Shown here in pieces: positions 20,017-30,306 of a stretch of DNA of 64,000 bases. The notes beneath the pieces are model-generated. The model was given only the letters and a program-made list of their open reading frames with translations. It made no database searches and had not been told where the DNA came from. The number at the start of each line of letters is the position of its first letter. Within the stretch, counting starts at the first letter, position 1. This stretch comes from Smithella sp. GTDB taxonomy: Bacteria > Desulfobacterota > Syntrophia > Syntrophales > Smithellaceae. A program made the translations under genes and the position numbers. Where the stretch lies: assembly GCA_049523355.1 (NCBI GenBank), contig JBEKMY010000001.1, positions 76,454 through 140,453 of the forward strand, in the 5' to 3' direction.

Positions 20017-20937
20017 ATGGGGAAGATGAGTTTTTTTGAAAAATTAAAAACAGGGCTGACCAAAACGCGAGATGCTTTGACGAAAAATCTGGATAATCTT
20101 ATTTTCGGTAAAAGGGTCATAGACAAAGAGCTTTTTGACGAACTTGAAGAGCTTCTCATCTCGGCGGATATGGGGCCCCAATTTACTTACGATTTAATTG
20201 ATGATGTCAAACAGCGAGTCAGTCGTAATGAACTGAAAAACGTTCAGGAAATAAAAAGTGTTTTACAGGAGCGGATGACTGCTATTTTACAAAAGACGGA
20301 CAAGCCCATGACCATTCCCCAAGGGAAGCCCTTTATTATTATGGCAATCGGGGTAAATGGCAGTGGCAAAACAACTACCATTGGCAAATTAGCCAATTTA
20401 CTGAAAAGTAATGGCCACGAGATTATGCTGGTTGCCGCCGATACTTTCCGGGCAGCGGCTGTTGAACAGTTGGAAGTGTGGGGTTCACGCGTGGGCGCGC
20501 CGGTTGTTAAGCAAAAAACGAATGCCGATCCGGCAGCAGTAGTTTTTGACGCTATGGCAAAAATAAAAGCGGGTTTCACCGGCGTTGTTATCGTGGATAC
20601 GGCAGGGCGATTGCATACCCGGGTAAATTTGATGGAAGAGCTAAAGAAGATAAAAAAAATTATTAACAAAGAACTACCGGGATTGTCACCGGAGATATTA
20701 TTGGTTCTTGACGCGACAACCGGCCAGAATGCCGTCATTCAGGCGAAGATATTTAAAGAAGAAATCGGAGCGACCGGTATTGTTTTGACCAAGCTCGATG
20801 GAACCTCCAAGGGCGGCGTAATTGTCCGGATTGTCAGTGAGCTTGCTCTGCCCGTTCAATATATCGGAGTCGGTGAAGGGTTGGATGATTTGCGCGTTTT
20901 CGACAGTAATAATTTTGCAAAGGCTCTTTTAGATTAA
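20017..20937 (+). CDS. ftsY: Signal recognition particle receptor FtsY
   Basis: NG domain with GVNGSGKTTTIGKLA, DTAGRL and TKLDGTSKGG. This is the short form lacking an acidic A domain. Confidence 0.95.
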   Translation: MGKMSFFEKLKTGLTKTRDALTKNLDNLIFGKRVIDKELFDELEELLISADMGPQFTYDLIDDVKQRVSRNELKNVQEIKSVLQERMTAILQKTDKPMTIPQGKPFIIMAIGVNGSGKTTTIGKLANLLKSNGHEIMLVAADTFRAAAVEQLEVWGSRVGAPVVKQKTNADPAAVVFDAMAKIKAGFTGVVIVDTAGRLHTRVNLMEELKKIKKIINKELPGLSPEILLVLDATTGQNAVIQAKIFKEEIGATGIVLTKLDGTSKGGVIVRIVSELALPVQYIGVGEGLDDLRVFDSNNFAKALLD

Positions 20938-20964
20938 AACATTACGAAACTTCGGCAGGGTATT

Positions 20965-21609
20965 ATGAATAAAATCTTTGCCATAGGAGATATTCACGGC
21001 TGTCTGGAAAAGCTCAAGGATCTGATGCCGAAAACCGGTATTGATAATCAAAATGATACATTAATCTTTATCGGCGATTATATTGATCGCGGTAAATTCA
21101 GCTCCGAAGTTGTTGATCATGTTATCCGCTTGCAGAAAGAATATAAAAAAGTAGTTTGCCTCCGGGGTAATCATGAGGACATGTTTGCGCATTATCTGGA
21201 AGGTACGAATGAAGATATGTATTTGAACAATGGCGGTATTAATACTCTTCATTCCTATGAAATTATACTTTCGGATGATACTGAAGAAAGAAAGCGTAAA
21301 ATTCCTGCAGAGCACCGGAAATTTTTCGAATCGCTTTTGCCGTATTATGAAACTGAGGACTACATATTTGTACACGCCGGCATGAAGCCGGGATTATCAC
21401 TGCAAGAACAAACAATGCATGATTTGTTATGGATACGGCACGAGTTCATAGATGCGGAATATGACTTCGGTAAAACAGTTGTTTTTGGCCATACTCCTTT
21501 AAATAATCCTTTAATTAACAAAAATATGATAGGTATAGATACTGGGGCCGTTTACGGCGGAAAACTTACCTGCGTGGAACTGCCAAAAATAAAGATTTAT
21601 CAGGCGTAG
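20965..21609 (+). CDS. Metallophosphoesterase (PPP-family Ser/Thr phosphatase / ApaH-like)
   Basis: GDIHGC, GDYIDRG and GNHE motifs. Confidence 0.8.
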   Translation: MNKIFAIGDIHGCLEKLKDLMPKTGIDNQNDTLIFIGDYIDRGKFSSEVVDHVIRLQKEYKKVVCLRGNHEDMFAHYLEGTNEDMYLNNGGINTLHSYEIILSDDTEERKRKIPAEHRKFFESLLPYYETEDYIFVHAGMKPGLSLQEQTMHDLLWIRHEFIDAEYDFGKTVVFGHTPLNNPLINKNMIGIDTGAVYGGKLTCVELPKIKIYQA

Positions 21610-21611
21610 AT

Positions 21612-22514
21612 ATGAAAATTATCGAATGTGTTCCAAATTTCAGTGAAGGACGCGATCGAAAAAAAATCGCGGCGATTGCCCACGTTTTTAAATCATTCTC
21701 TGGTGTGCGGCTGGCCGATTTCAGCAGCGATGCCGATCATAACCGGAGTGTTTTTACTTTTTTTGGAAAGCCGGAGGATGTGCTGGAAGCGGCGCTGGCC
21801 GCATGCGGCAAAGCTGTGAAGTTAATTGATATGCGTGAACAAGCCGGGGTGCATCCGCGCCTGGGCGCCGTTGATGTTGTGCCTTTTATTCCGTTGGGTA
21901 AAGCGAAGATGAAAGATGCCGTTGATTTAGCTCATACTTTCGGATGTCAATTATACAAGCGCTTTGGTGTTCCTGTATATTTTTACGGGCATGCGGCAAT
22001 GGTTTCCGGACGAAAGGAATTAGCCGATGTTCGCCACGGCGGTTATGAAGCGCTGCAAAGTAAAATGATTAATCCTGAAGGCGCTCCCGATATTGGTAAT
22101 TCCGAGTTTAACGCGCGGTCCGGCGCAACCGTTGTAGGAGCGCGTGAGCCGCTGGTTGCTTTTAATATTGATTTAAATTCCAATGATTTGCGTCTGGTGC
22201 GAAATATCGCTTCGCAAATCAGGGAAAAAAACGGCGGATTGAAACATGTTCGCGCAATTGGAGTAATTCTGAAAAACCGCGGTGTGGCGCAGGTATCCAT
22301 AAATCTCACCAATTGTAAGGAAACGCCTTTTAAAGTTATTTTTGATCAAGTGGCACAATTGGCTGCCAAACGTGGAGTCCAAATATTGGAGTCTGAATTA
22401 ATAGGCCTGGTGCCGAAATGCGCCTTTGCCGGCACAAATCCCGATTACCTGAAGCTCAAAGATTTTGATAAAAATCGTCTTTTGGAAACGCATCTGAAAA
22501 TTTTAGAAGATTAA
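21612..22514 (+). CDS. ftcD: Glutamate formimidoyltransferase (FtcD N-terminal transferase domain only)
   Basis: MKIIECVPNFSEGRD is the canonical formiminotransferase N-terminus. The length of 300 aa also fits. Confidence 0.85.
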   Translation: MKIIECVPNFSEGRDRKKIAAIAHVFKSFSGVRLADFSSDADHNRSVFTFFGKPEDVLEAALAACGKAVKLIDMREQAGVHPRLGAVDVVPFIPLGKAKMKDAVDLAHTFGCQLYKRFGVPVYFYGHAAMVSGRKELADVRHGGYEALQSKMINPEGAPDIGNSEFNARSGATVVGAREPLVAFNIDLNSNDLRLVRNIASQIREKNGGLKHVRAIGVILKNRGVAQVSINLTNCKETPFKVIFDQVAQLAAKRGVQILESELIGLVPKCAFAGTNPDYLKLKDFDKNRLLETHLKILED

Positions 22515-22527
22515 TCTTTAAATTTTT

Positions 22528-22842
22528 TTATTTATTCTTCGCTTCTTTTTTCCTGGCTTTGGCCATTGCTTTGATAAGTTTTTTATCGAGATTTTTTACT
22601 GAGTCAGGCATGATGGAAGACGATTTTGTCTTCAGGGAATCTGAGACAACGCTGGCTGTTGAACCTGACGACGGCATGTCTTTATTTGGAAACTGCGATT
22701 TTCCTGCGCGGCGTTGCCGGACTTTTTTGGCAATTGCCTCTGCCATCATCTTGCCGAACTGGCCGATAAATCCGGCAATGAGGACAAGGACAATCCATTT
22801 AAGAACAGACCATGAGCCTATGTATTTCAGAATATCCGTCAT
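22528..22842 (-). CDS. Small membrane protein of unknown function
   Basis: One TM helix (WIVLVLIAGFIGQFG) followed by a basic, Ser-rich tail. It is the last gene of the minus-strand gat-mtnA operon. Confidence 0.45.
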   Translation of the reverse strand: MTDILKYIGSWSVLKWIVLVLIAGFIGQFGKMMAEAIAKKVRQRRAGKSQFPNKDMPSSGSTASVVSDSLKTKSSSIMPDSVKNLDKKLIKAMAKARKKEAKNK

Positions 22843-22857
22843 CTTTAAATTAACATC

Positions 22858-23472
22858 CTAATTTAATATAAGTAGCTGCCCCGGATTATTAAAAAGGTAA
22901 TCGGGTTTGGCCGCGGCCATTTTTTCTTTACTGTGCCAGCCCCACGTTACACCGACAGTTTTCACCCCGGCCTCCTTGCCTTCCTTGATATCGCCGGTTG
23001 TGTCGCCGATGTAATAAATATCGTCCAGCGCAACGTGATATTTTTTCGCTGCGTAAAGTATTTTCTCTTTTTTGCTGAACATAAAATCTGACCCAAGAAT
23101 TTCTTTGAAATATTCATCGTAATTAAAAAAATCCAGGGCTTCTTTAATGGATGCGTAATCATTGGAGGAAACAACAATGAGGCAATGGTTTTTGTGTAAT
23201 TCTTCTATAACCGGAGCGACTTCGGGGAAAGGTTTCATATCCTTGATTTTTACCCGCGCGAGAATATCTTCAGAGGCTTTCATAAACACATCTAAATCCA
23301 CGCCTTTATTTACGAGGGATTCATAAAAATTATCTTCGAAGAGCTCCAGAAATTTTTCCCGGTCGAGAATCAGCGGCTGATTTATGTCTTTCAGGCAATC
23401 GATTACTGTCTTTTCATAAACATCCAGAGAATCGACAATGACACCGTCAAAATCAAAAAGAAACAACTTCAT
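22858..23472 (-). CDS. HAD-IA family hydrolase (phosphatase)
   Basis: DFDGVIVDS motif I, a VSSN-type motif II, and GDTTGDI motif IV. Confidence 0.75.
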   Translation of the reverse strand: MKLFLFDFDGVIVDSLDVYEKTVIDCLKDINQPLILDREKFLELFEDNFYESLVNKGVDLDVFMKASEDILARVKIKDMKPFPEVAPVIEELHKNHCLIVVSSNDYASIKEALDFFNYDEYFKEILGSDFMFSKKEKILYAAKKYHVALDDIYYIGDTTGDIKEGKEAGVKTVGVTWGWHSKEKMAAAKPDYLFNNPGQLLILN

Positions 23473-24518
23473 TAAAGTTTTTCCCCTTTATGCAGACTGG
23501 CGATGGATATGCGATAGGGTTTTTTCAAAACGCCTTTCTCCGTGATAATTGCCTTGATAAATCGCGCCGGCGTTACGTCAAATGCCGGATTATAAACTTT
23601 TGTCCCTTCCGGTGCGCAGGGAACTCCTTTAAAATGCGTCACCTCTTCACTTTTTCTTTCTTCAATAGGGATGGCGTCACCTGTTTTTAAAGAAACATCA
23701 ATTGTTGAAGTTGGTGCGGCTACGTAAAATGGAATGCGATGCGCCCGTGCCAGAACCGCCAGAGAATAAGTGCCGATTTTATTGGCAGTGTCTCCGTTGG
23801 CGGCAATTCTATCGGCTCCCACAATAATTTTGTCAATCTTTTCCTGCCGCATGAGAAATCCCGCCATATTATCCGTGATCAGTGTAAAGGGAATTTTTTC
23901 TTTTTTTAATTCCCAAGCTGTGAGTCTTGCTCCCTGTAAAACAGGTCTTGTCTCGTCCACATAAACATGCAGTTTTTTGCCCTGCTCGCGGGCGGCACGA
24001 ATGACACCGAGCGCTGTGCCATATCCGGCTGTAGCCAGAGCGCCTGCATTGCAGTGAGTCAGGATATTTTCTCCATCGGCAAGAAATAGGCTTCCGTGTT
24101 TTCCGATTTGTCTGTTGATTTCTATATCTTCCGAATAAATGCGCCTGGCTTCATTGATAAGTTCTGTAACCTGATCGCTTTGGTTTACTTTTTTTGTCCG
24201 GTCAACGACTTTTTTCATGCGTTCCAGCGCCCAGAAGAGGTTGCGTGCCGTTGGCCTTGCCTTCGCAATTTTATCGCAAATAGCGAAAAAATCTCGCCGG
24301 AATATATCCTGCGGTCCGTACGGAAGCCGCAGAGCTCCCAAAGCTGCGCCCATCGCGGCGGCGACGCCAATAGCGGGAGCGCCGCGCACGGTTAAATCTC
24401 TAATGGAGGAAATTATTTCTTCATAGGATTTACAGGTAACGTATCTTTCGGCAAGCGGCAGAGCGTTCTGATCAATTAAAACTACCGCATTATTTTTCCA
24501 AACAATTGTTTTAATCAT
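23472..24518 (-). CDS. mtnA: S-methyl-5-thioribose-1-phosphate isomerase
   Basis: eIF-2B/MtnA family: [20 protein letters not shown] and [19 protein letters not shown]. Confidence 0.9.
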   Translation of the reverse strand: MIKTIVWKNNAVVLIDQNALPLAERYVTCKSYEEIISSIRDLTVRGAPAIGVAAAMGAALGALRLPYGPQDIFRRDFFAICDKIAKARPTARNLFWALERMKKVVDRTKKVNQSDQVTELINEARRIYSEDIEINRQIGKHGSLFLADGENILTHCNAGALATAGYGTALGVIRAAREQGKKLHVYVDETRPVLQGARLTAWELKKEKIPFTLITDNMAGFLMRQEKIDKIIVGADRIAANGDTANKIGTYSLAVLARAHRIPFYVAAPTSTIDVSLKTGDAIPIEERKSEEVTHFKGVPCAPEGTKVYNPAFDVTPARFIKAIITEKGVLKKPYRISIASLHKGEKL

Positions 24519-25948
24519 TGTCCGGCAAGCATCTTTTTGAGAAGTTCGTTAACGAGCTGCGGGTTGGCTTTGCCATGGGTTGCCTTCATCACCTGACCGA
24601 CAAAAAATCCGAAAAGCTTTTCCTTTCCGCCGCGATAATCCGCAAGCTGATTGGGATTTGCTTTAATTATAGAGGTGATTGATTCAATCAACTCGCCTTC
24701 ATCCGTAATTTGCACCAGGCCTTTTTCTTTGATAATTGTCTGCGGCGATTTACCCGTTTTATACATATCTTCAACGATTTCTTTGGCCATTTTCCCGCTG
24801 ACAGCGCCTTCATCAATCAACCGAATCATATCCGCCAGAGATTTAGCCGTGATGGGACATTGACGAATGTCGCGCTTTTCTTCATTGAGAAAGCGCATAA
24901 CATCGCCCATGATCCAGTTGCTGGCTGCTTTAGGCTGCAAACAGAACTTTACCACTTCTTCATAGTAATGTGCCAGCGCCTTGTCGGCGGTTAGCACGCC
25001 CGCGTCGTAGGCGGGAATCTGATAATCTTTAACAAATCTTTCCCGTTTGTCCAGCGGCAGTTCGGGAAGGTCTTTTCTGATTTTTGCTATCCATGCGTCA
25101 TCGACTAAAATCGGCACTAAATCCGGATCTGGAAAATAACGGTAATCATGGGCTTCCTCTTTACTGCGCATTGAGTTTGTCGCGCCTTGCGCATCATCCC
25201 ACAAACGGGTTTCCTGAATAACGGTGCCGCCGTTTTCCACAAGGTATTGTTGACGCTTGATTTCGTAATCCAGTGCGCGCTGCACATTGCGGAAGGAATT
25301 CATATTTTTCAATTCCGTCCTTGTGCCGAATTCCTTCTGGCCTTTTGGTCTGATGGAGATATTGGCATCGCATCGGAAAGAGCCTTCTTCCATATTCCCG
25401 TCACAAATTTCCAGATAAACCAGAATTTCGTGCAGGCGTTTGAGGTAGTCGGCCGCTTCTTCGGATGAACGCATATCCGGTTCGCTGACAATTTCAATCA
25501 AAGGAACGCCGGTGCGGTTCAAGTCGACGTAACTCGACGGGTTATGTTCATCGTGCATCAGTTTGCCAGCGTCTTCTTCCATGTGAATTCTGGTGATGCC
25601 TATTTTCGTTTGCTCTCCGTTAACATTCAGAAAAACATAGCCGTGCTCCGCGAGCGGATAGGCGTATTGGGATATCTGATAGCCCTTGGGCAAGTCGGGG
25701 TAAAAATAATTTTTTCGGGCAAAACTGCATGATTTGTTAATTTCACAATTAGTCGCCAGCGCCATCTTCATGGCGTATTCCACAACTTTTTTATTTAAAA
25801 CCGGCAGAACCCCGGGCATGCCAAGACAAACGGGGCATGTGTGGCTGTTGGGTGCTCCGCCGAATTTAGTGGAACAACCGCAGAATATTTTTGTGTCCGT
25901 TAACATTTGGGCGTGAACTTCCAGCCCTATGACTGTTTCAAATTCCAT
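24515..25948 (-). CDS. gatB: Asp-tRNA(Asn)/Glu-tRNA(Gln) amidotransferase subunit B
   Basis: [14 protein letters not shown]..., 477 aa, canonical GatB. Confidence 0.95.
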   Translation of the reverse strand: MEFETVIGLEVHAQMLTDTKIFCGCSTKFGGAPNSHTCPVCLGMPGVLPVLNKKVVEYAMKMALATNCEINKSCSFARKNYFYPDLPKGYQISQYAYPLAEHGYVFLNVNGEQTKIGITRIHMEEDAGKLMHDEHNPSSYVDLNRTGVPLIEIVSEPDMRSSEEAADYLKRLHEILVYLEICDGNMEEGSFRCDANISIRPKGQKEFGTRTELKNMNSFRNVQRALDYEIKRQQYLVENGGTVIQETRLWDDAQGATNSMRSKEEAHDYRYFPDPDLVPILVDDAWIAKIRKDLPELPLDKRERFVKDYQIPAYDAGVLTADKALAHYYEEVVKFCLQPKAASNWIMGDVMRFLNEEKRDIRQCPITAKSLADMIRLIDEGAVSGKMAKEIVEDMYKTGKSPQTIIKEKGLVQITDEGELIESITSIIKANPNQLADYRGGKEKLFGFFVGQVMKATHGKANPQLVNELLKKMLAGQ

Positions 25949-27405
25949 TATAATGAAGGCCTCCTCTTTTCAATTTTAGCATTTTTCTCATAAGCAGAGG
26001 CAATTTGAATCAATTTCCCTTCCTCAAAATGGCTGGACAGAAACTGCATTCCTATCGGCAGGCCGCCTGACGTAAATCCGCATGGGATGGAGATTCCCGG
26101 TATTCCCGCAAGATTTGTTGATATGGTGAAAATATCGGAAAGATACATTTGCAATGGATTGTCGGTTTTTTCGCCGATTTTAAAAGCCGGTGTCGGCGTG
26201 GTTGGAGTGAGAATAACGTCGCAATTTTTAAAGGCTTCTTCAAAATCCCGCTTGATTAATGCCCGTACCTGTGAGGCTTTTTTATAGTAGGCATCGTAAT
26301 AACCGGCTGACAAAGCATAGGTGCCAATCATGATTCTTCTTTTAACTTCCGCGCCGAATCCCTGCATACGTGTCTTTTTGTACATATCCAGAAGATCGCG
26401 GATATCGGTTGCTCTAAAGCCGTATCTGACGCCATCGTAACGCGCCAGGTTGGAGCAGGCCTCTGCCGGAGCGATAATATAATAGACAGCAAGACAATAT
26501 TGAGTGTGCGGAAGCGATATATCCACGCATTGCCCTCCGCTTTGTTCGATTACAGAGATCGCTTTTTTAATGGCGGCGTTCACTTCCGGATCAATGCCTT
26601 CCACAAAATATTCTTTGGGAATGCCTACTCTCCAGCCTTTAATATCCCGTCCGGTAAATTGCCGGTAATCGGGAACTTCCGTAGGTACGGAAGTTGATTC
26701 TCTGGAATCGAAACCCGCCAGAACATTCATCATAATGGCACAGTCTTCCACGTCTTTGGTAAAAGGACCTATTTGATCTAGCGATGACGCAAACGCGATA
26801 AGACCAAAGCGCGATACACGGCCATAAGTCGGTTTCATGCCGACAATGCCGCAAAGCGCCGCAGGCTGGCGGATGGAACCTCCGGTATCGGAACCAATGG
26901 AAGCGATACATTCATCGGCGGCAACCGCCGTAGCTGAACCTCCGCTGGAACCGCCGGGGATTCGCTCTAAATCCCACGGATTGCGGGTAGGCCCGAAATA
27001 TGAAGTTTCCGTGGAGGAGCCCATGGCAAATTCATCCATGTTAGTTTTGCCGACAAATACGGCTCCGGCAGCCGTTAGTTTTTCTATAACGGTCGCGTTA
27101 TAAGGGGGAATAAAATTGTGCAATATATGCGAACCACATGTTGTGGTAATGCCTTTAGTGCAGACAAGATCTTTTAACGCGACGGGAATTCCCGTTAATG
27201 GTTTTATATTGCCGTTCTTAATATTTTCATCGGCTTTTGCCGCAGCAGCAAAAGCTTCTTCCTTCATTAAACGGATGTAGGAATGCACCCGTTCTTCAAC
27301 GGCATCAATGCGTGAAAAAACGGACTCGGTAATCTGTGTTGCCGACACGCTGCCGTTTTTAATTTTTTCCTGCAATTCGTGAATGGTTAACTGATGTAAC
27401 TCCAT
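25948..27405 (-). CDS. gatA: Glu-tRNA(Gln) amidotransferase subunit A
   Basis: Amidase signature GGSSGGSA...[12 protein letters not shown], 485 aa. Confidence 0.95.
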   Translation of the reverse strand: MELHQLTIHELQEKIKNGSVSATQITESVFSRIDAVEERVHSYIRLMKEEAFAAAAKADENIKNGNIKPLTGIPVALKDLVCTKGITTTCGSHILHNFIPPYNATVIEKLTAAGAVFVGKTNMDEFAMGSSTETSYFGPTRNPWDLERIPGGSSGGSATAVAADECIASIGSDTGGSIRQPAALCGIVGMKPTYGRVSRFGLIAFASSLDQIGPFTKDVEDCAIMMNVLAGFDSRESTSVPTEVPDYRQFTGRDIKGWRVGIPKEYFVEGIDPEVNAAIKKAISVIEQSGGQCVDISLPHTQYCLAVYYIIAPAEACSNLARYDGVRYGFRATDIRDLLDMYKKTRMQGFGAEVKRRIMIGTYALSAGYYDAYYKKASQVRALIKRDFEEAFKNCDVILTPTTPTPAFKIGEKTDNPLQMYLSDIFTISTNLAGIPGISIPCGFTSGGLPIGMQFLSSHFEEGKLIQIASAYEKNAKIEKRRPSL

Positions 27406-27454
27406 GATCTCCTCTAATAACGTCTTGCATAAATAGTTATTTATATTTTTTTAA

Positions 27455-27570
27455 CGACTTTATGAAAAAGTTTCATACACAAGGCGTGCAAGACCTGAAG
27501 GATGAGACGTACTTTTTTCGTACGTCGCAATGCCGAAGGTTGCAGCGCAACGTAGTATATGGACTTTTAC
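27455..27570 (-). repeat. Intergenic repeat, family A copy (reverse orientation) inserted between gatC and gatA
   Basis: The reverse complement is collinear with 40204-40313 and 38924-39049. The central perfect hairpin is gacgtac-ttttttc-gtacgtc (27506-27526). Confidence 0.75.
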
Positions 27571-27578
27571 CAAAGCCA

Positions 27579-27866
27579 TTAGTCGATGACTTTGGGCACG
27601 CGGAAGAACTCGCCGCGCGCGTCCGGCGCGTTCGCTAATGAATTTTCCGTGCCGATTGAATCCAATATTTTATCTTCGCGAAACGCGTTAGTCATGGCAA
27701 TCGCGTGGCTCATCGGCTCCACGCCTTTGGTATCCAGCTCGTTTAACTTATCTATGTAGAGCAGAATATCGTTGAGTTGAGCGGTAAATTTTTCTTTTTC
27801 CTTGTCTGTTACTTCCAGACGCGCTAAATTCGCCACATATTCAACTTCCTCAGAGCTTATTTTCAA
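27579..27866 (-). CDS. gatC: Glu-tRNA(Gln) amidotransferase subunit C
   Basis: 95 aa, MKISSEEVEYVANLARLEV..., canonical GatC. Confidence 0.9.
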   Translation of the reverse strand: MKISSEEVEYVANLARLEVTDKEKEKFTAQLNDILLYIDKLNELDTKGVEPMSHAIAMTNAFREDKILDSIGTENSLANAPDARGEFFRVPKVID

Positions 27867-27878
27867 AGCACATCCTCC

Positions 27879-28937
27879 TTAAAACACTTTCCAGCAGGGA
27901 CTGATTCTGGAAATAACTTTATTAATAGTTGATTGGCTGGCTTCCTCATCAGTCTCTTTTTCCAGTGAAGATAGTTTTTCTTCCGTAAAATGTGTTTCAT
28001 CCAGCATCTCTTCCAGAACAGCCTTTACCGACTTGGTTAATCCGGCTACATGATAACCGCCTTCCAGCACGGCTACAAGACGTCCCTGGCAGCAGGCATC
28101 GGCAATATTGAGTAATATGCGCGTCATAGCGGCAAATCCTTTCGGTGTTACGCGCATGCCGCCCAGCGGGTCTTGAAAATAAGTATCAAAGCCGGCGGAT
28201 AATAAAATCAATTCCGGTTTATATTCTAAAGCTACCGGCTGTAGAATTTTATGAAATATTTTTACGAAGGAGGAATCTCCCGCTCCCATACTTAAAGGAA
28301 CATTTATGGTATAATATTCTCCCTGACCCCGGCCGATTTCCTGCAAATCTCCAGTTCCCGGGTAATAGGGATACTGGTGCGTGGAAAAATATAAAATACG
28401 CTGATCGCCATAAAAACTGTGCTGGGTGCCGTTGCCATGATGTAAATCCCAATCAACTATTAATATTCTTTTTAAATTGTATTTCAAAATGGCGTGCATT
28501 GCCCCGATAGCAATATTATTAAAAACGCAGAAACCGGCGGCGGTATCTTTTTCCGCGTGATGTCCAGGAGGCCGTACAAGAGCAAACGCGTTATCCACTT
28601 TACCTTCGATAACGCTGTCAATGGCATTACAGACTCCGCCAACCGCCAGTTTCGCTATTTCGTAGGTTTCCGGAGATGTGGCAGTATCAGGATCAAGATA
28701 TACACTGCGCTTTCCCGCAGTGCTCGCTATGAATTCCACGTAGGAAGGAGAATGAATAGTTTCAATCTCCTTGTGAGTGGCTTCGCGAGGCTCTATATGA
28801 GTGAATTTCCAGGATTCCAGTGGATTATCCAGCATTTCATAAATTGCCGCAAGCCTTTCCGGGCTTTCCGGATGAGCAAATCCAGCCGAATGCTGTAAAT
28901 ACCTTGTATCCTTGACAATACCTGTTTTTCTGGACAA
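27879..28937 (-). CDS. Histone deacetylase-family amidohydrolase (AcuC/HDAC class II-like)
   Basis: RPPGHHA, DWDLHHGNGTQ and EGGY motifs. Confidence 0.85.
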   Translation of the reverse strand: MSRKTGIVKDTRYLQHSAGFAHPESPERLAAIYEMLDNPLESWKFTHIEPREATHKEIETIHSPSYVEFIASTAGKRSVYLDPDTATSPETYEIAKLAVGGVCNAIDSVIEGKVDNAFALVRPPGHHAEKDTAAGFCVFNNIAIGAMHAILKYNLKRILIVDWDLHHGNGTQHSFYGDQRILYFSTHQYPYYPGTGDLQEIGRGQGEYYTINVPLSMGAGDSSFVKIFHKILQPVALEYKPELILLSAGFDTYFQDPLGGMRVTPKGFAAMTRILLNIADACCQGRLVAVLEGGYHVAGLTKSVKAVLEEMLDETHFTEEKLSSLEKETDEEASQSTINKVISRISPCWKVF

Positions 28938-29167
28938 GCGATCCTTCTTTTATAACAATCAGTTAAATTTTGGTTCATTTATCACAAATAGCTTCAAAGA
29001 GCAAAGTATTTCCCCTGTTTTTTTAAATATCTGTTTTATGCTTCCATTAATTTTTATAAATGAAATTTGATAAAATCCTGATAAAGGCAGACTACAAAAA
29101 ACATTGACAAAAACAGCAATCAATATATAGGTATACGTCAAATATGGAAGCAGGGGATTAATTATCA

Positions 29168-29458
29168 ATGTTTGGCGTGGGAATGCTGAAGTTTATTATA
29201 ATTGCGGCGATCGCGCTGATTGTTATTGGTCCAAAAAAATTGCCTGATTTGGCCAGAACTCTTGGCAGGGGATTCAATGAATTCCGTAAGGCTCTTGATG
29301 GAGTAACCGACGATTTTAAACAAACATTACAAGACGAGGGAAAGCCAAAAGACGAAAAACCCCAAGATGATGGACTGAAAGATTCGCCTTTATTGAAACA
29401 AAGCGATGCCGAAGAATCCAGTCTGGATTCATTCAATAAAATTTCCTGCAAACAATAA
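29168..29458 (+). CDS. tatA: Twin-arginine translocase TatA/TatB-family subunit
   Basis: MFGVGMLKFIIIAAIALIVIGPKKLPDLARTLGRGFNEFRKA is a canonical TatA/B N-terminus. Confidence 0.85.
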   Translation: MFGVGMLKFIIIAAIALIVIGPKKLPDLARTLGRGFNEFRKALDGVTDDFKQTLQDEGKPKDEKPQDDGLKDSPLLKQSDAEESSLDSFNKISCKQ

Positions 29459-29514
29459 ATCCCAATATAAATTTTTCCGGATTGTAAAACCAAATATAAG
29501 CGAAATGTTAAATT

Positions 29515-30303
29515 ATGGGAAATAACGAAGATAAAAAAGATAACGAAAACAGCGAAAACAGCGAAGACAGAAAAATGTCATTGACCGAACATTTAATAGA
29601 ACTACGCAAGAGCCTTACACGGTCTATAATAGCTATTTGTCTCGGTTTTTGTTTTTGTTATTACTATAAAGACTTCATTTTCGACATAGTTACCAGACCA
29701 CTCACCCAAGTATTGCCCAAGAACAGCTATCTGATTTATACCGGATTAACGGAAGCCTTCTTTACATACATGAAAGTAGCTTTTTTTGCTTCTCTCATAA
29801 TTACATGCCCGTATGTACTTTATCAGATATGGAAATTTATAGCGCCGGCCCTTCATGCCAGAGAGAAAAAATATGTAATTCCCTTTGTGATTTCTTCCTC
29901 TTCGCTTTTTGTAGGCGGTGTTTTATTTGGATATCTTGTGGCTCTACCGCCCGCCTTTAAGTTTTTTGTCAGTTTTAATAATCAATATTTGCAGGCGATG
30001 CTGTCCTTTAAGGATTATTTGTCGCTTTTTGTGACATTTTTACTGGGATTTGGCATATCTTTTGAGTTGCCGGTATTTATTTTTTTTCTGACTAAACTGG
30101 GGATAGTAAATGCCGCAATGCTTTCCAAACAACGAAGGTACGCTATTTTAATCATTTTTATAGTTGCCGCCATTTTAACGCCTTCACCGGATGCTTTAAG
30201 CCAGATATTAATGGCAATTCCCTTGATGTTTTTGTATGAAGTTAGTATATTTGTTTCCCGATTTGCCGGGAAGAAAAAAGTAGAATCCGAAAATAAAGAA
30301 TAA
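29515..30303 (+). CDS. tatC: Twin-arginine translocase subunit TatC
   Basis: MSLTEHLIELRK..., six predicted TM segments, 262 aa. Confidence 0.9.
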   Translation: MGNNEDKKDNENSENSEDRKMSLTEHLIELRKSLTRSIIAICLGFCFCYYYKDFIFDIVTRPLTQVLPKNSYLIYTGLTEAFFTYMKVAFFASLIITCPYVLYQIWKFIAPALHAREKKYVIPFVISSSSLFVGGVLFGYLVALPPAFKFFVSFNNQYLQAMLSFKDYLSLFVTFLLGFGISFELPVFIFFLTKLGIVNAAMLSKQRRYAILIIFIVAAILTPSPDALSQILMAIPLMFLYEVSIFVSRFAGKKKVESENKE

Positions 30304-30306
30304 TGG

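Noticed and set aside
20244-20738. 164-aa antisense ORF within ftsY
   Set aside because: It is nested antisense to the conserved NG domain. No independent evidence supports it.
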